IMG/VR virus record: IMGVR_UViG_3300020045_004180
Location: 1-41,130 of that record
Length of the DNA: 41,130 bases
Source of the DNA: a virus
Lineage: Duplodnaviria > Caudoviricetes
Reading direction: 5' to 3' (one strand)
Positions 18,814 through 28,277 of this stretch are shown piece by piece. The position numbers and the translations under genes were made by a program. The notes beneath the pieces are model-generated. The model was not told the DNA's origin. It ran no database searches and was given only the letters and a program-made list of their open reading frames with translations. Each line of letters starts with the position of its first letter. The stretch's first letter is position 1.

Positions 18814-19584
18814 ATGTATGAAGTAACAGATAAAAGCACACAACACGGATTATCGACTCCACACGGATATAATACTCCACATCGTTATCCAACGTCAGGA
18901 ATTGCGATAATTGATGTTTTTGCAGATTTGGCAAGACAATTGTATCCAACTGGTAGGGCGTGGTATATGAACAAAAACGGAAAATTCGACAATTTGCACA
19001 AAGCAATCAATCGAAGTTTTGTGAGAGTAGTTCAAGATTCTTATTTAACATTGGATTCTATTTTTCCTGACAATGATAATTTTAGTGAAAATGATGCTAC
19101 GCTTTGGGAATATCGTTTGGGATTGATAACAAATCAATCTTTGGATTTGGAAACCAGAAAACAGATTATTTTGCGCAAAATGGCATACCCTGGAAACGTT
19201 AAAGCAAGGCAACATCCATTATTTATTGAAAATCAATTGCAATTAGCGGGATTTAATGTTTGGGTTCACGAAAATTCACAACCGTATAAAACACCAAATG
19301 AAATAATTGCTTTGAGTATTGATGCAACACAACACGGGGGAATTACGCAACACGGATTAGGAACGCAACACGGGGCTGGAGGATTTGAAGTTATAGCAAA
19401 TTTGTCAACTCCAAATGAAAGTTATTCGATAGGGTCAAACCTTTGGGCAACGTTTTTTATCGGAGGACAAAATTTGGGTGATTATGCAAATGTTCCTGCA
19501 AACAGATTGCAAGAGTTCAAAGAATTAGTTTTGAAATTGAAACCGGCTCACACGGTAGCATACACATTTATAATTTATAATTAG
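18814..19584 (+). CDS. Baseplate wedge protein (Mu gp48/YmfQ-like) with TQHG repeats
   Basis: QLYPTGRAW, WEYRLGL, LKLKPAHT motifs. Confidence 0.8.
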   Translation: MYEVTDKSTQHGLSTPHGYNTPHRYPTSGIAIIDVFADLARQLYPTGRAWYMNKNGKFDNLHKAINRSFVRVVQDSYLTLDSIFPDNDNFSENDATLWEYRLGLITNQSLDLETRKQIILRKMAYPGNVKARQHPLFIENQLQLAGFNVWVHENSQPYKTPNEIIALSIDATQHGGITQHGLGTQHGAGGFEVIANLSTPNESYSIGSNLWATFFIGGQNLGDYANVPANRLQEFKELVLKLKPAHTVAYTFIIYN

Positions 19585-19590
19585 AAAAAT

Positions 19591-20634
19591 ATGAGAAGTT
19601 TAGAAAGTAATCCAAATATTGACAATAGTGATTTAGTCAACTATCCAAATGGTAGAATTAAAGACAATACCGGTATTGGTGATGGTACTGCCGTTAATGA
19701 GCGTGTAAAAGGCGATTTGCATCAAGCAGTTGAAAAATTAATGCGATTGTACGGAATCACTCCAAATAATTTACCTGATAATGAAACAAACGGATTCCAG
19801 ATAATTGATGCTTTGAGGGCGTTGGCTTCAAAGAATGATTTTATATTGAATTTGGGAAGTACAGGCGGTGTTTTACAAGTTTCTATCAAATTAGGTTCTA
19901 TGGTAAATGAGGAGTCTGTTATTTGCGTGGCAACCGCTGATTTTACAACTGAAACACAAATTAAAGGTTCGGACGCTCCAACATTTGCAGCAACTATTCA
20001 GGGAGGTTTCAAAACAGGGGAATACGTTCGATTGATTAAAAAATCAGGTGGTATAACTTTAGTTAGGATTGCTGATCAAATGAGTTTAGATTTGATGGTT
20101 GCCGGTTTTTTGTATTTAAAAAAGGCTTCACAATCAGAAGAAAATGCGGGAACATCGGATTTAGTTGCTACGACTCCATTAGTAAATAAAACTACTTTTG
20201 CAAGGCGTGTAAATGGTGTTGATAGCGCAACTTATTTAGCAACTGCATTGATAAACGGATTATATCCAAAAGAACATTTCTCAATAGTAGCGGCTTTGGG
20301 TGCCAGTCCAGTTAAAAACACAGGTTGGTTTAGCGGTTTGGATGTGGCTGGAAGTGCCGGAAGTTTGCCAGTTAGTGGTAATGTAACATCGGCCGTAGCT
20401 TCTATACCATCAGCAGGAAATAGTGTAGTGCTTGTGACGCTTCAAAATGCAATGACCAATACAAATTACTATGTAGAAATATATATGCAAAGTGAGGGAT
20501 TAATTGGTCCTGATAACGACATTTGCGCACCGGTATTTAAAGTTATGTCAACAACACAAATTCAGATTGGATTTCAAGAAACATTGGGAGGCGTTCAAAA
20601 TTTAAAAGTACACATCAAAGCAGTTCAACTATAA
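19591..20634 (+). CDS. Tail fibre protein
   Basis: After the baseplate; N-terminal GITPN...QIIDAL fibre-attachment motif; beta-rich C-terminal domain (VTLQNAMTNTNYYV). Confidence 0.7.
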   Translation: MRSLESNPNIDNSDLVNYPNGRIKDNTGIGDGTAVNERVKGDLHQAVEKLMRLYGITPNNLPDNETNGFQIIDALRALASKNDFILNLGSTGGVLQVSIKLGSMVNEESVICVATADFTTETQIKGSDAPTFAATIQGGFKTGEYVRLIKKSGGITLVRIADQMSLDLMVAGFLYLKKASQSEENAGTSDLVATTPLVNKTTFARRVNGVDSATYLATALINGLYPKEHFSIVAALGASPVKNTGWFSGLDVAGSAGSLPVSGNVTSAVASIPSAGNSVVLVTLQNAMTNTNYYVEIYMQSEGLIGPDNDICAPVFKVMSTTQIQIGFQETLGGVQNLKVHIKAVQL

Positions 20635-20644
20635 AAACTATTCA

Positions 20645-21802
20645 ATGAAAACAATAAAAAATTTAGCCGTTCCACAAGATTCAAGTATTCAGTTTCCTTT
20701 TTCAACAATCAAAAATGAAACTGATACCGAGAATGGAACGCCGGTAGTCAGAGAGATTTATGGTGATGTTTTGACCAACTTGTATAAATTATTGCAAGTG
20801 GTTGGAATGACACCAACAAATACCGAGGATAGCGATATTACTCAATATCAAATTTTGGATGCTTTGAAGAAGTTGCCAAACTCATTGAATGATATTGAAC
20901 AAGTTTTGTCGCTTTCTGGATTGGTTTGGAGTGTTCCATTGGATACTGATTATTTACCGAATAAGTACTTTTTCGTGGCGAGGGCATCCGATAATTACGT
21001 TAGTGGAACTACTTATACTTTCGAAGGTTCAAATGCGGTTAGTATGCCATTTTCAAGTACTGGTTTTAATGCCAGTGATGAACTTTTGGTAATTATCGAT
21101 ACTTCGGGAGTTCGGGCGTATTCTTTGAGTTTTTTGAGTGCCGTTTCAAGTGAAGTTTTTACCGTGTTGGGTACTCCAATTGCATTCAATGATACGAACA
21201 AAATTTACTATCAAGAAGATGGAATTTTGATGTCGGACGTTCCAAGTGTTGATTATTTAGAGTCAATTATTCGAGTTGAATTGAGTAATGGAACTATTTT
21301 GGTAAATGATATTTTAATCTTGAATGGATATGTTTTGTGTTTCTGTTTGATTCCTTCGACAAACGTTTACTTTTTTAGACAATTTGAATTAAACGATTTA
21401 AGCGTGTCAGAAGCCGTTTCTTTGTCGGGAACATCTTTTGCTTCGGCAAGTGATTTTTATCCTTACATCTATGCTGAAAGCGGGTCAATTTACGTTACTA
21501 ATGCAATGAATGCAAATGCAAATGATTATTCATTCACGAAATTAACTTATAATCCTGCAACGGCTTTATTGACCTTGGTTTCTACTTTCAATTTGGATGT
21601 GACTTTTGCCAAAACGTCAAATGCAGTTATCAAAGGAAATTTCCTTTATACTTACATTGGAGGGGTTTTAAATCAATTCAATTTGTCAACAGGTGCAAAA
21701 GTTGCTTTGGGTAATTATGCGGGTGTAATTGGAAATCTTTTTGGATTTAATGGAGAGGTTTATTTCAGTAGTGGCGAGGTTGCCAAAAAATGGACTTTGT
21801 AA
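20645..21802 (+). CDS. Second fibre/baseplate protein, N-terminus paralogous to 19591-20634
   Basis: Shared N-terminal pattern; beta-rich C-terminal half. Confidence 0.6.
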   Translation: MKTIKNLAVPQDSSIQFPFSTIKNETDTENGTPVVREIYGDVLTNLYKLLQVVGMTPTNTEDSDITQYQILDALKKLPNSLNDIEQVLSLSGLVWSVPLDTDYLPNKYFFVARASDNYVSGTTYTFEGSNAVSMPFSSTGFNASDELLVIIDTSGVRAYSLSFLSAVSSEVFTVLGTPIAFNDTNKIYYQEDGILMSDVPSVDYLESIIRVELSNGTILVNDILILNGYVLCFCLIPSTNVYFFRQFELNDLSVSEAVSLSGTSFASASDFYPYIYAESGSIYVTNAMNANANDYSFTKLTYNPATALLTLVSTFNLDVTFAKTSNAVIKGNFLYTYIGGVLNQFNLSTGAKVALGNYAGVIGNLFGFNGEVYFSSGEVAKKWTL

Positions 21803-21814
21803 AAAACAAAATCG

Positions 21815-22462
21815 ATGAAGCTTAACGTCAACACTGATTCGTCAATAAAATTAACTGCTAAGCTGGAAAAGTTGCATCGTTCAGCTTTTCCATCGGCCGT
21901 TCGTAATTCTTTAAATGAGGTTGCTTTCAATTCCAAAAAATTGGTTCCAAAAACGGCATCCGAAAATTTTACTATTAGACAGAAAAACTTTTTTAATAGA
22001 ATGACAATTGTAAACAAGGCATCCGGATTTGATGTTAGTAAAATGGTTTCAAAAGTCGGGATTGATGGAAGTAAAAAAATATCTGAGGGATTGGAAAAAC
22101 AGGAAACCGGAGGAAACATTCAGGGGCGTAAATTGATTGCACACGATATGGCAAGGGTTTCAGGCTCAAATGCCAAAAAAGTAAAATCTAAGAACTTTTT
22201 AAAGAAACTGAACAATATTGGAACGGCTCAAAAAAGAATAAAAGGTTCTAAATATTTCAGGATTAAAAAAGGAGTTAAAGAAACGGTTTTCGAGCGAACG
22301 GGAAAAAACAAGATTACACCGATTTACAGCATACGCAAAACCAAAATAAGTAAAGTAGATTCTAAACCATTTATAAGTCCAAGTGCTTTGCAAGCATCAA
22401 GACAAATGGAAAACATCTATAAAAAACAAGCAGAATTTCAATTTAAAAAATATCTTAAATGA
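21815..22462 (+). CDS. Basic neck/tail completion protein (lambda gpZ / Mu gpG-like)
   Basis: Very Lys/Arg-rich; AVRNSLNEVAF and KPFISPS motifs. Confidence 0.5.
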   Translation: MKLNVNTDSSIKLTAKLEKLHRSAFPSAVRNSLNEVAFNSKKLVPKTASENFTIRQKNFFNRMTIVNKASGFDVSKMVSKVGIDGSKKISEGLEKQETGGNIQGRKLIAHDMARVSGSNAKKVKSKNFLKKLNNIGTAQKRIKGSKYFRIKKGVKETVFERTGKNKITPIYSIRKTKISKVDSKPFISPSALQASRQMENIYKKQAEFQFKKYLK

Positions 22463-23679
22463 GCTGGATAAATAAAATAGAAAACATAAGATTTAGTATT
22501 ACTACTGGTGATGGTAAAATATATTTTCCTTTGTGGAAAACGGGTGAAACCTCCAAAGATTTTAATACTACAAAGTTTGATTTTATTGATGTAAAAGATT
22601 CTTTGATAGAAAGGAAAACATCACAATCACCTAATTATCCTTTGGTTATTTGGTTCCAAGGTGATGACAATATAGAACAATCGGAAGCTTTTTGGAATTC
22701 ATCGGATGATAATAGACAATGGACAATTGCGCACCCTTTTTATGGAACTATAAAGGGGCAGCCAATGAAAATACTAAGAAATGATTCCAATCTAAATATA
22801 ACTGAATTTTCTATTGATTTCTGGAAAAGCATAAATGCCGATTATCCGACTTCAAATTTTAGTGTAAAAGACAATACCTACGAAAAGAAACAATCTGTTT
22901 TTGCCAGTTCCGAAATTGCGTATAGTTCAAAGGATGTTTTTAAAACCGTGGACATTCAAAAAAACAAGGATGCAATAAACAAAATTGCTTCCAAACTTTC
23001 CAAACTACAAACCAATGAAACCTATGCCGAATATTCAAACAAGGTAAACAAGGCGGTAAAAGCATCGGATAATTTGATTAATGATTCTCAAAATGCAATT
23101 AGTACAGCACAAGACACGTTGAATATGCCGTCCGAATTGGTGGAAACGGTACAGAATAGAATCAATGCGTATGTAGGTGCTTTTGAAAGTATTATTTCTA
23201 CTTTGGAAAGTGTGCCAGATAAATTGTTTTTTCAATCAATGGGTGGTGCTATAATTGGTGCCATTTGTGAAAATTCAACGATTTACGAATTCGGGAAAGA
23301 TTATACAACTATTGTAGAAGTTGAAGCGGTGGCAACTCAAATATTGTCATTATACGAACAGTATTTAACGATTGTAGATAATGCCAGCACTTCGAATTAC
23401 AATCTAACGGATAACTTCCAACCGGATCCAGTAATGCAAAGCGATTTGAATTCATTGGTTATGTACACAATTGGAAATATTTATAATTTAGCTTTTGAAG
23501 CAAAACAGGAAAGGATTATTTACACGGATAAAGTAACTAATTTGATTTTACTAACTCACAGATATTTAGGATTGGATGCCAATGATGAAAATATTGCAAC
23601 ATTCAGAGAAATAAATGATATTAAATTGAACGAGTTGTTCAGGATTAAAAAGGGCAGAAAAATCAAATACTATATCTAA
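22459..23679 (+). CDS. DNA circularization / tail initiator protein (Mu gpN-like)
   Basis: HPFYG motif in the N-terminal domain; C-terminal LysM-like LILLTHRYLG...FREINDI. Confidence 0.72.
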   Translation: MSWINKIENIRFSITTGDGKIYFPLWKTGETSKDFNTTKFDFIDVKDSLIERKTSQSPNYPLVIWFQGDDNIEQSEAFWNSSDDNRQWTIAHPFYGTIKGQPMKILRNDSNLNITEFSIDFWKSINADYPTSNFSVKDNTYEKKQSVFASSEIAYSSKDVFKTVDIQKNKDAINKIASKLSKLQTNETYAEYSNKVNKAVKASDNLINDSQNAISTAQDTLNMPSELVETVQNRINAYVGAFESIISTLESVPDKLFFQSMGGAIIGAICENSTIYEFGKDYTTIVEVEAVATQILSLYEQYLTIVDNASTSNYNLTDNFQPDPVMQSDLNSLVMYTIGNIYNLAFEAKQERIIYTDKVTNLILLTHRYLGLDANDENIATFREINDIKLNELFRIKKGRKIKYYI

Positions 23680-24725
23680 TGAGAGTTAAAATAAATGGCA
23701 AAAATTGCACGTTTTTTAATGAAGGCAGCATCCAATTAAAACTGGATTCTATCGCTTCTGTTTTTTCGTTTAAAACGAGATTCAATCCAGAAAACGATGA
23801 CCATAAAGAATTGTTCAAGCCTTTGCAGTATTACAAAACAGAAATATTCAATGATGCAAATAAATTGAGTTTCACGGGAACCATTTTAAATCATTCTTTC
23901 CAAAGTGACCAGAATATAAATTTATTGGTTTTGTCGGGTTATTCACTTTCTGGAATATTGGAAGATGTGGTAATTCCAGTTAGTCAATATCCTTTGGAAA
24001 GTAATAATAGAAGTTTGAAAGATATTGCAACTCGGTTGTGCGGTTTTTATGGAATTGGATTATACATTGATGATAGCGTAAAAAACGAGGTGAACGCCAT
24101 ATTTAAGAAAACAACGGCATCGGCAACGGATACCATCAAAGATTATTTATCAAGGCTTACAAGTCAGAAAAATATAGTTTTGTCTCATAATGCCAAAGGT
24201 CAAGTAGTTTTGTTTAAACCAAGCGATAACCAGAAAATAAGATACTTTTTCAATAAAGGAAATTCTTTGAGTATGACGGCCAATTACAACGGTCAGGCGA
24301 TGCATAGCCATATTGCGTGTGTTAGGCAACCGTCACAAGATAATGCGGGAGTTTCTACGGTGGACAGCATCCAAAATCCATTAATTAAAGCGTTCCGGCC
24401 AACGACAAAGATTCTAAGTTCTGGTGAAGACACCGACACAAGGAAAGCGGCCGATAATGAATTGGCATCGGAATTAAAAGCTATTGCAATAACGGTAAAT
24501 TTAAAAGGATTGTTTGATGATATTTACCCTGGAGAAATTGTCAATGTGCATAATCATGAGATTTATTGCTTTGCATACAGTAGATATATGGTTTCAGACG
24601 TAACTTTAAATTTCAATGAAAAGTCGGATACGACTACTTTAAATTTGGTTTTGCCAGAAACATATAATGGGAATGTCCCAAAGGATATTTTGTTTGCTTA
24701 CAAATCACATAAAACGGACATATAA
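23679..24725 (+). CDS. Baseplate hub protein (Mu gp44/gpP-like)
   Basis: LDSIASVFSF, LSFTGTI, IYPGEIV, TTTLNLVLP motifs. Confidence 0.8.
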   Translation: MRVKINGKNCTFFNEGSIQLKLDSIASVFSFKTRFNPENDDHKELFKPLQYYKTEIFNDANKLSFTGTILNHSFQSDQNINLLVLSGYSLSGILEDVVIPVSQYPLESNNRSLKDIATRLCGFYGIGLYIDDSVKNEVNAIFKKTTASATDTIKDYLSRLTSQKNIVLSHNAKGQVVLFKPSDNQKIRYFFNKGNSLSMTANYNGQAMHSHIACVRQPSQDNAGVSTVDSIQNPLIKAFRPTTKILSSGEDTDTRKAADNELASELKAIAITVNLKGLFDDIYPGEIVNVHNHEIYCFAYSRYMVSDVTLNFNEKSDTTTLNLVLPETYNGNVPKDILFAYKSHKTDI

Positions 24726-25213
24726 TGATAACATACGCCAAAATTAAAAGTGCCACAATAGAACTTGGAAAACGCATTTTGAAGTTCGAGGAATTTGGAG
24801 CGAAAACGGCTTCAGAAAGTATGCCTTTCGGGATGGATTCAAATCCTATTGCGGATATGATTGCGATTCATTCTACAACATCGAACAATGCTGAAAGCGT
24901 GATTATTGGATACATCAACAAAAACCAAATTGCATTAGTTGGAGAAAGTAGATTGTACTCATTGGATGCAAATGGAGTGCTTAAAGCGTTCGTTTATTGC
25001 AAAAACGATGGAATACTACTTTTGAACGGAGACACTTATTCTGGGGTAAGATATGAGCCTTTAAACACAGGATTAGGAAATCAAAATACATTAATAAATG
25101 CGGAACTTGTCAAAATACAAACTGCTATTACTACTTTGGGCGGTTCGTATGCACGTTCTAACGTCACGATAGATGTCACAACCTCAAAAAGTGATACTGT
25201 CAAGATAAAGTAA
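24725..25213 (+). CDS. Baseplate spike protein (Mu gp45/gpV-like)
   Basis: PFGMDSNP and GESRLYS motifs. Confidence 0.75.
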   Translation: MITYAKIKSATIELGKRILKFEEFGAKTASESMPFGMDSNPIADMIAIHSTTSNNAESVIIGYINKNQIALVGESRLYSLDANGVLKAFVYCKNDGILLLNGDTYSGVRYEPLNTGLGNQNTLINAELVKIQTAITTLGGSYARSNVTIDVTTSKSDTVKIK

Positions 25214-25232
25214 CCAAATTTATTTATTGTCG

Positions 25233-25263
25233 AACCCCGTTATTTATGATAGCGGGGTTTTTT
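25233..25263 (+). terminator. Intrinsic terminator ending the late region
   Basis: AACCCCGTTAT/ATAGCGGGGTT stem plus T-run. Confidence 0.88.
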
Positions 25264-25296
25264 ATTGCAAGTTTTTTAATTATTTTAAAAGAAATG

Positions 25297-25327
25297 TTTG
25301 TTTATTACAAAATAACTTGTATATTTG
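25297..25327 (+). promoter_or_regulatory. Consensus Bacteroidota promoter (early region)
   Basis: TTTG (25297-25300)-N19-TATATTTG (25320-25327); spacer holds the palindrome TTATT-N4-AATAA. Confidence 0.82.
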
Positions 25328-25361
25328 CTCTCAGATAACAACAATCAAAAAAACATTTATT

Positions 25362-25442
25362 ATGAAAACATCTAACTACATTATCGCATTCTTTTCAATC
25401 CTTTTAGTATTAATTATTGCCTTTGGTGATATGAAAAATTAA
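25362..25442 (+). CDS. 26-aa hydrophobic peptide (MKTSNYIIAFFSILLVLIIAFGDMKN)
   Basis: First ATG after the promoter, A-rich leader, single TM. Confidence 0.55.
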   Translation: MKTSNYIIAFFSILLVLIIAFGDMKN

Positions 25443-25464
25443 TCAACAATTAAAAATATTTATT

Positions 25465-25620
25465 ATGAAAAGTCAATTAAATATCAGTATTCAAACAGAA
25501 GGTTATTTTTTATACTTCAAAAATCAACTTTACGGAACCAAAAAAACTGACATTAACGAACGGATTAACAATAAGAATAAAATTCAAATTTGGAATAACC
25601 TTAAAAACAAAACAAAATGA
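25465..25620 (+). CDS. Hypothetical 51-aa protein
   Basis: Leader similar to that of 25362; ATGA overlap with the next gene. Not in the ORF track. Confidence 0.55.
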   Translation: MKSQLNISIQTEGYFLYFKNQLYGTKKTDINERINNKNKIQIWNNLKNKTK

Positions 25621-25889
25621 CATTAGAAAAAGATTTAAAAGTAGGTAAAGAGTATTGGCTTGATGGGGATAAAGTCAATTATGGAACTTTCCATTCTTTT
25701 GAAGGTAAAACTCCTTTTTTTACACCAATCATAAATAACGATTATTCATTATGCGAGAATGGACTGATTGGATTTTATAGTACTCCGGAATGGGAATGGC
25801 AGGAAAAGAAATCATTCCCAACCAAAACGGTAATTGCTGTAGTTGTAGTTGTTTTGGCTTTAATTGGTGTTTTAGCAACTCAATTTTAA
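25617..25889 (+). CDS. Hypothetical protein with C-terminal TM anchor
   Basis: ORF track; VIAVVVVVLALIGVLA. Confidence 0.65.
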   Translation: MTLEKDLKVGKEYWLDGDKVNYGTFHSFEGKTPFFTPIINNDYSLCENGLIGFYSTPEWEWQEKKSFPTKTVIAVVVVVLALIGVLATQF

Positions 25890-25894
25890 TCGTT

Positions 25895-26056
25895 ATGAGA
25901 AAGTATATAGTTTATTACTACGCTGAAAAAAATGATGAATGCGTGGATTGTGAAATGGAAATTGAATCACCAACTTTAAAATGTGCTTTATTGCATTTTG
26001 AAAGAACTGTAAAAGTTTATAGACGAGTTTATAAAATCGAAGAAAAAGTAAATTAA
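25895..26056 (+). CDS. Hypothetical 53-aa protein (MRKYIVYYYAEK...)
   Basis: ATG 25895 just after the previous stop. Confidence 0.6.
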   Translation: MRKYIVYYYAEKNDECVDCEMEIESPTLKCALLHFERTVKVYRRVYKIEEKVN

Positions 26057-26058
26057 TT

Positions 26059-26211
26059 ATGAAAACATTATTCGAATCAATCCAAACAATACGGGAAGAT
26101 GGTTTCCCAAAAGTAAAGGAAATCAAATCAGGGGTGAAATTCAAAACGGATGCTAAAGACCCTAATTTTGATTTACCGTATTCTAACCTTGAAAAAACAT
26201 ACGATGACTAA
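26059..26211 (+). CDS. Hypothetical 50-aa protein (MKTLFESIQTIRE...)
   Basis: Fills the gap tightly between neighbours. Not in the ORF track. Confidence 0.55.
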   Translation: MKTLFESIQTIREDGFPKVKEIKSGVKFKTDAKDPNFDLPYSNLEKTYDD

Positions 26212-26371
26212 AATTGAAATCTTTGTAACTGTGAGTGAATTTTTATTATTTTTAGGATGGTGCATTCTTTCTTATAAATACTATAAAAAACATAGTTTCG
26301 AATTGGCATTAATTGCCTTGGTTGTTGCGCTTCTTTTCTTGGGAATTGCAATCTTAAATTTTAACTTTTAA
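26204..26371 (+). CDS. Small 2-TM membrane protein
   Basis: Start MTKIEIF overlaps the previous stop; two hydrophobic helices. Confidence 0.6.
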   Translation: MTKIEIFVTVSEFLLFLGWCILSYKYYKKHSFELALIALVVALLFLGIAILNFNF

Positions 26372-26382
26372 ACACAAATAAA

Positions 26383-26604
26383 ATGGCAGAAAAAAAATTG
26401 ATTATCGACGTTAAAGGTGCTTTATTGGCATACGAACGTAAAACAGGCAAAAAGAAAACAATGTCGGAACATTCCAAACATTTCAACGTTACTACAACAA
26501 CGTTTCAGAACTGGGATAAAGAAGCACCGGCAGCCGTGAAATTCATTTTTAATTTTATGAAAGAAACGGGATGCACATTTGAGGAATTAGTAAAAGAAGT
26601 TTAA
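26383..26604 (+). CDS. Cro-like helix-turn-helix regulator
   Basis: TMSEHSKHFNVTTTTFQNWD resembles an XRE HTH; C-terminal GCTFEELV. Confidence 0.65.
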   Translation: MAEKKLIIDVKGALLAYERKTGKKKTMSEHSKHFNVTTTTFQNWDKEAPAAVKFIFNFMKETGCTFEELVKEV

Positions 26605-26621
26605 ACCAAAAAAACCTAACA

Positions 26622-26951
26622 ATGGAAATAAATTCAAACAGTTTGCAAGAACTAATTAATAAAAGAGCGGAAGCAAAAGCGAAAAAAGAAATCATTACTT
26701 TAAGAGATGCTTTGCGTACTTCTGGAATTCTTAATATAGGAGGTTTTTTTGTAAAAGAAGGGGGTATAAGCAGGGCTTTAAATTATGCTTTAGATGACAC
26801 ATCTCTTAGTGATGAAAACAACATAATCACACAATTGTATAATGAAAAAGTAGCTAAATATATAATTTCAGAAACAAAAGACTTTGTTTCAAAAGTGGAA
26901 TCATTGGTTGAGCAAACCGACAACCTTTTGAATATTGCAGAAAATTATTAA
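26622..26951 (+). CDS. Hypothetical protein
   Basis: ORF track, 109 aa, good leader. Confidence 0.65.
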   Translation: MEINSNSLQELINKRAEAKAKKEIITLRDALRTSGILNIGGFFVKEGGISRALNYALDDTSLSDENNIITQLYNEKVAKYIISETKDFVSKVESLVEQTDNLLNIAENY

Positions 26952-26968
26952 CCATTAAACCCTAAACA

Positions 26969-28276
26969 ATGAATCAAGAAAATTTATCATTAGAAAATTT
27001 AAAAGTATCGAATCTTCCTGAATTACAAGGATGGAAAGATAAACAGGAAAATCTTGTAAAAGAGAATCCATTTGTGGAAATCACGGATAATAAAACCTAT
27101 GAGGTGGCTTGCAAAAGCAGAACCGCATTATTGAAAGGGCGTACTTCTTTGGAGGGTCAGGACAAACTTATTGCCTCAAAATTAGCAGGGTTCAGAAAGG
27201 ATGTAAAATCTGAAACTGAAAAGTTGATTTCAATTACTTTGCCACACGAGGAAAAACAGCAAGTTGAGGTTAAGCGTTACGAATCGATAAAAGAAAACGA
27301 GCGTTTGGAACGTGAGAGAATCGAAAATGAGCGCATTTTAGCGATTAAAAACAAAATTGAATACTTTGAGTCATCTTGCTATAAAATCATTCAGGAATCG
27401 ACTATTTTAAACATAAACGAAAGCAAATCAGAATTAGATAATTTGTTTTTGGAAGATTTCGATTATCAGGAATATGATGTTATGTTTGAACAGTCAAAAA
27501 GTAGATTGCAATCTCAATTTGATGAAAAGTGTAGTGACATTCAAGAAAAGGAAAGCCAACGCATCGAGAATGAGCGTTTGAAACAAGAGATTTTTGAAGT
27601 TCGTGTTAATCGTTTTAAAGAACTTGGTTTTGAATTAGAAGATAATATTATGTTTAGGTCTACTGAATTGCCTCATACCTATACAAAAAGTGAATTACAA
27701 AATATTGATTCTGATACTTTTGAAAGAGCGATTGAAAACCTTAAACAAGCAAAAAAAGAATCAGAACAAGCCAAAATCGATGCCGATAATTTGGAACGTG
27801 AAACAAAACTTCAAGAAGAAAAAGAGCAAATTTTTGAAATTCGTAAAAATAGACTTTTAGAAGCCGGTTTGAAATATTCAGATGAACATGATACATATTT
27901 TGTTAGTTCCGAATCTGATTTCATTATTTTACATGAAGATGCTTATTATGCCAGTCCTTTAGATTTTGAAGATATTATTTCAGATGCTAAAAAAGCAATT
28001 GAAAAATCTAAAAGCGATAAAATTGAACTCGAAAAACAAATCGAAAAGGATTTAGAATTAGCCAAAGCCGATGCCGAAAAACTGAAAAAGGAAAACAAAG
28101 CGAGAATCAAACGTTTGGTAAATGATAAAAAAATCATTTCAGATGGTTTAGAAGTGTATTTTGCCGATTTGCATTTGGATACTGAAAACCAAGAAACAAA
28201 GGATTTCATTGAAAAAGCGAACGCCAAAATTCAGGCTTTGAAAAACGAATTATTAACCGAATTAAATAATCTGTAA
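26969..28276 (+). CDS. Coiled-coil protein with internal repeat, in recombination module
   Basis: E/K-rich; repeated KQEIFEVRVNRFKELGF / KEQIFEIRKNRLLEAGL. Confidence 0.7.
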   Translation: MNQENLSLENLKVSNLPELQGWKDKQENLVKENPFVEITDNKTYEVACKSRTALLKGRTSLEGQDKLIASKLAGFRKDVKSETEKLISITLPHEEKQQVEVKRYESIKENERLERERIENERILAIKNKIEYFESSCYKIIQESTILNINESKSELDNLFLEDFDYQEYDVMFEQSKSRLQSQFDEKCSDIQEKESQRIENERLKQEIFEVRVNRFKELGFELEDNIMFRSTELPHTYTKSELQNIDSDTFERAIENLKQAKKESEQAKIDADNLERETKLQEEKEQIFEIRKNRLLEAGLKYSDEHDTYFVSSESDFIILHEDAYYASPLDFEDIISDAKKAIEKSKSDKIELEKQIEKDLELAKADAEKLKKENKARIKRLVNDKKIISDGLEVYFADLHLDTENQETKDFIEKANAKIQALKNELLTELNNL

Positions 28277-28277
28277 A

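Noticed and set aside
2802-21802. Diversity-generating retroelement or invertible fibre cassette
   Set aside because: No reverse transcriptase, no template/variable repeat pair, and no inverted repeats flanking fibre C-termini were seen.
25227-25361. N-terminal extension of ORF 25227-25442
   Set aside because: It runs through a terminator and a promoter; the real start is more likely ATG 25362.
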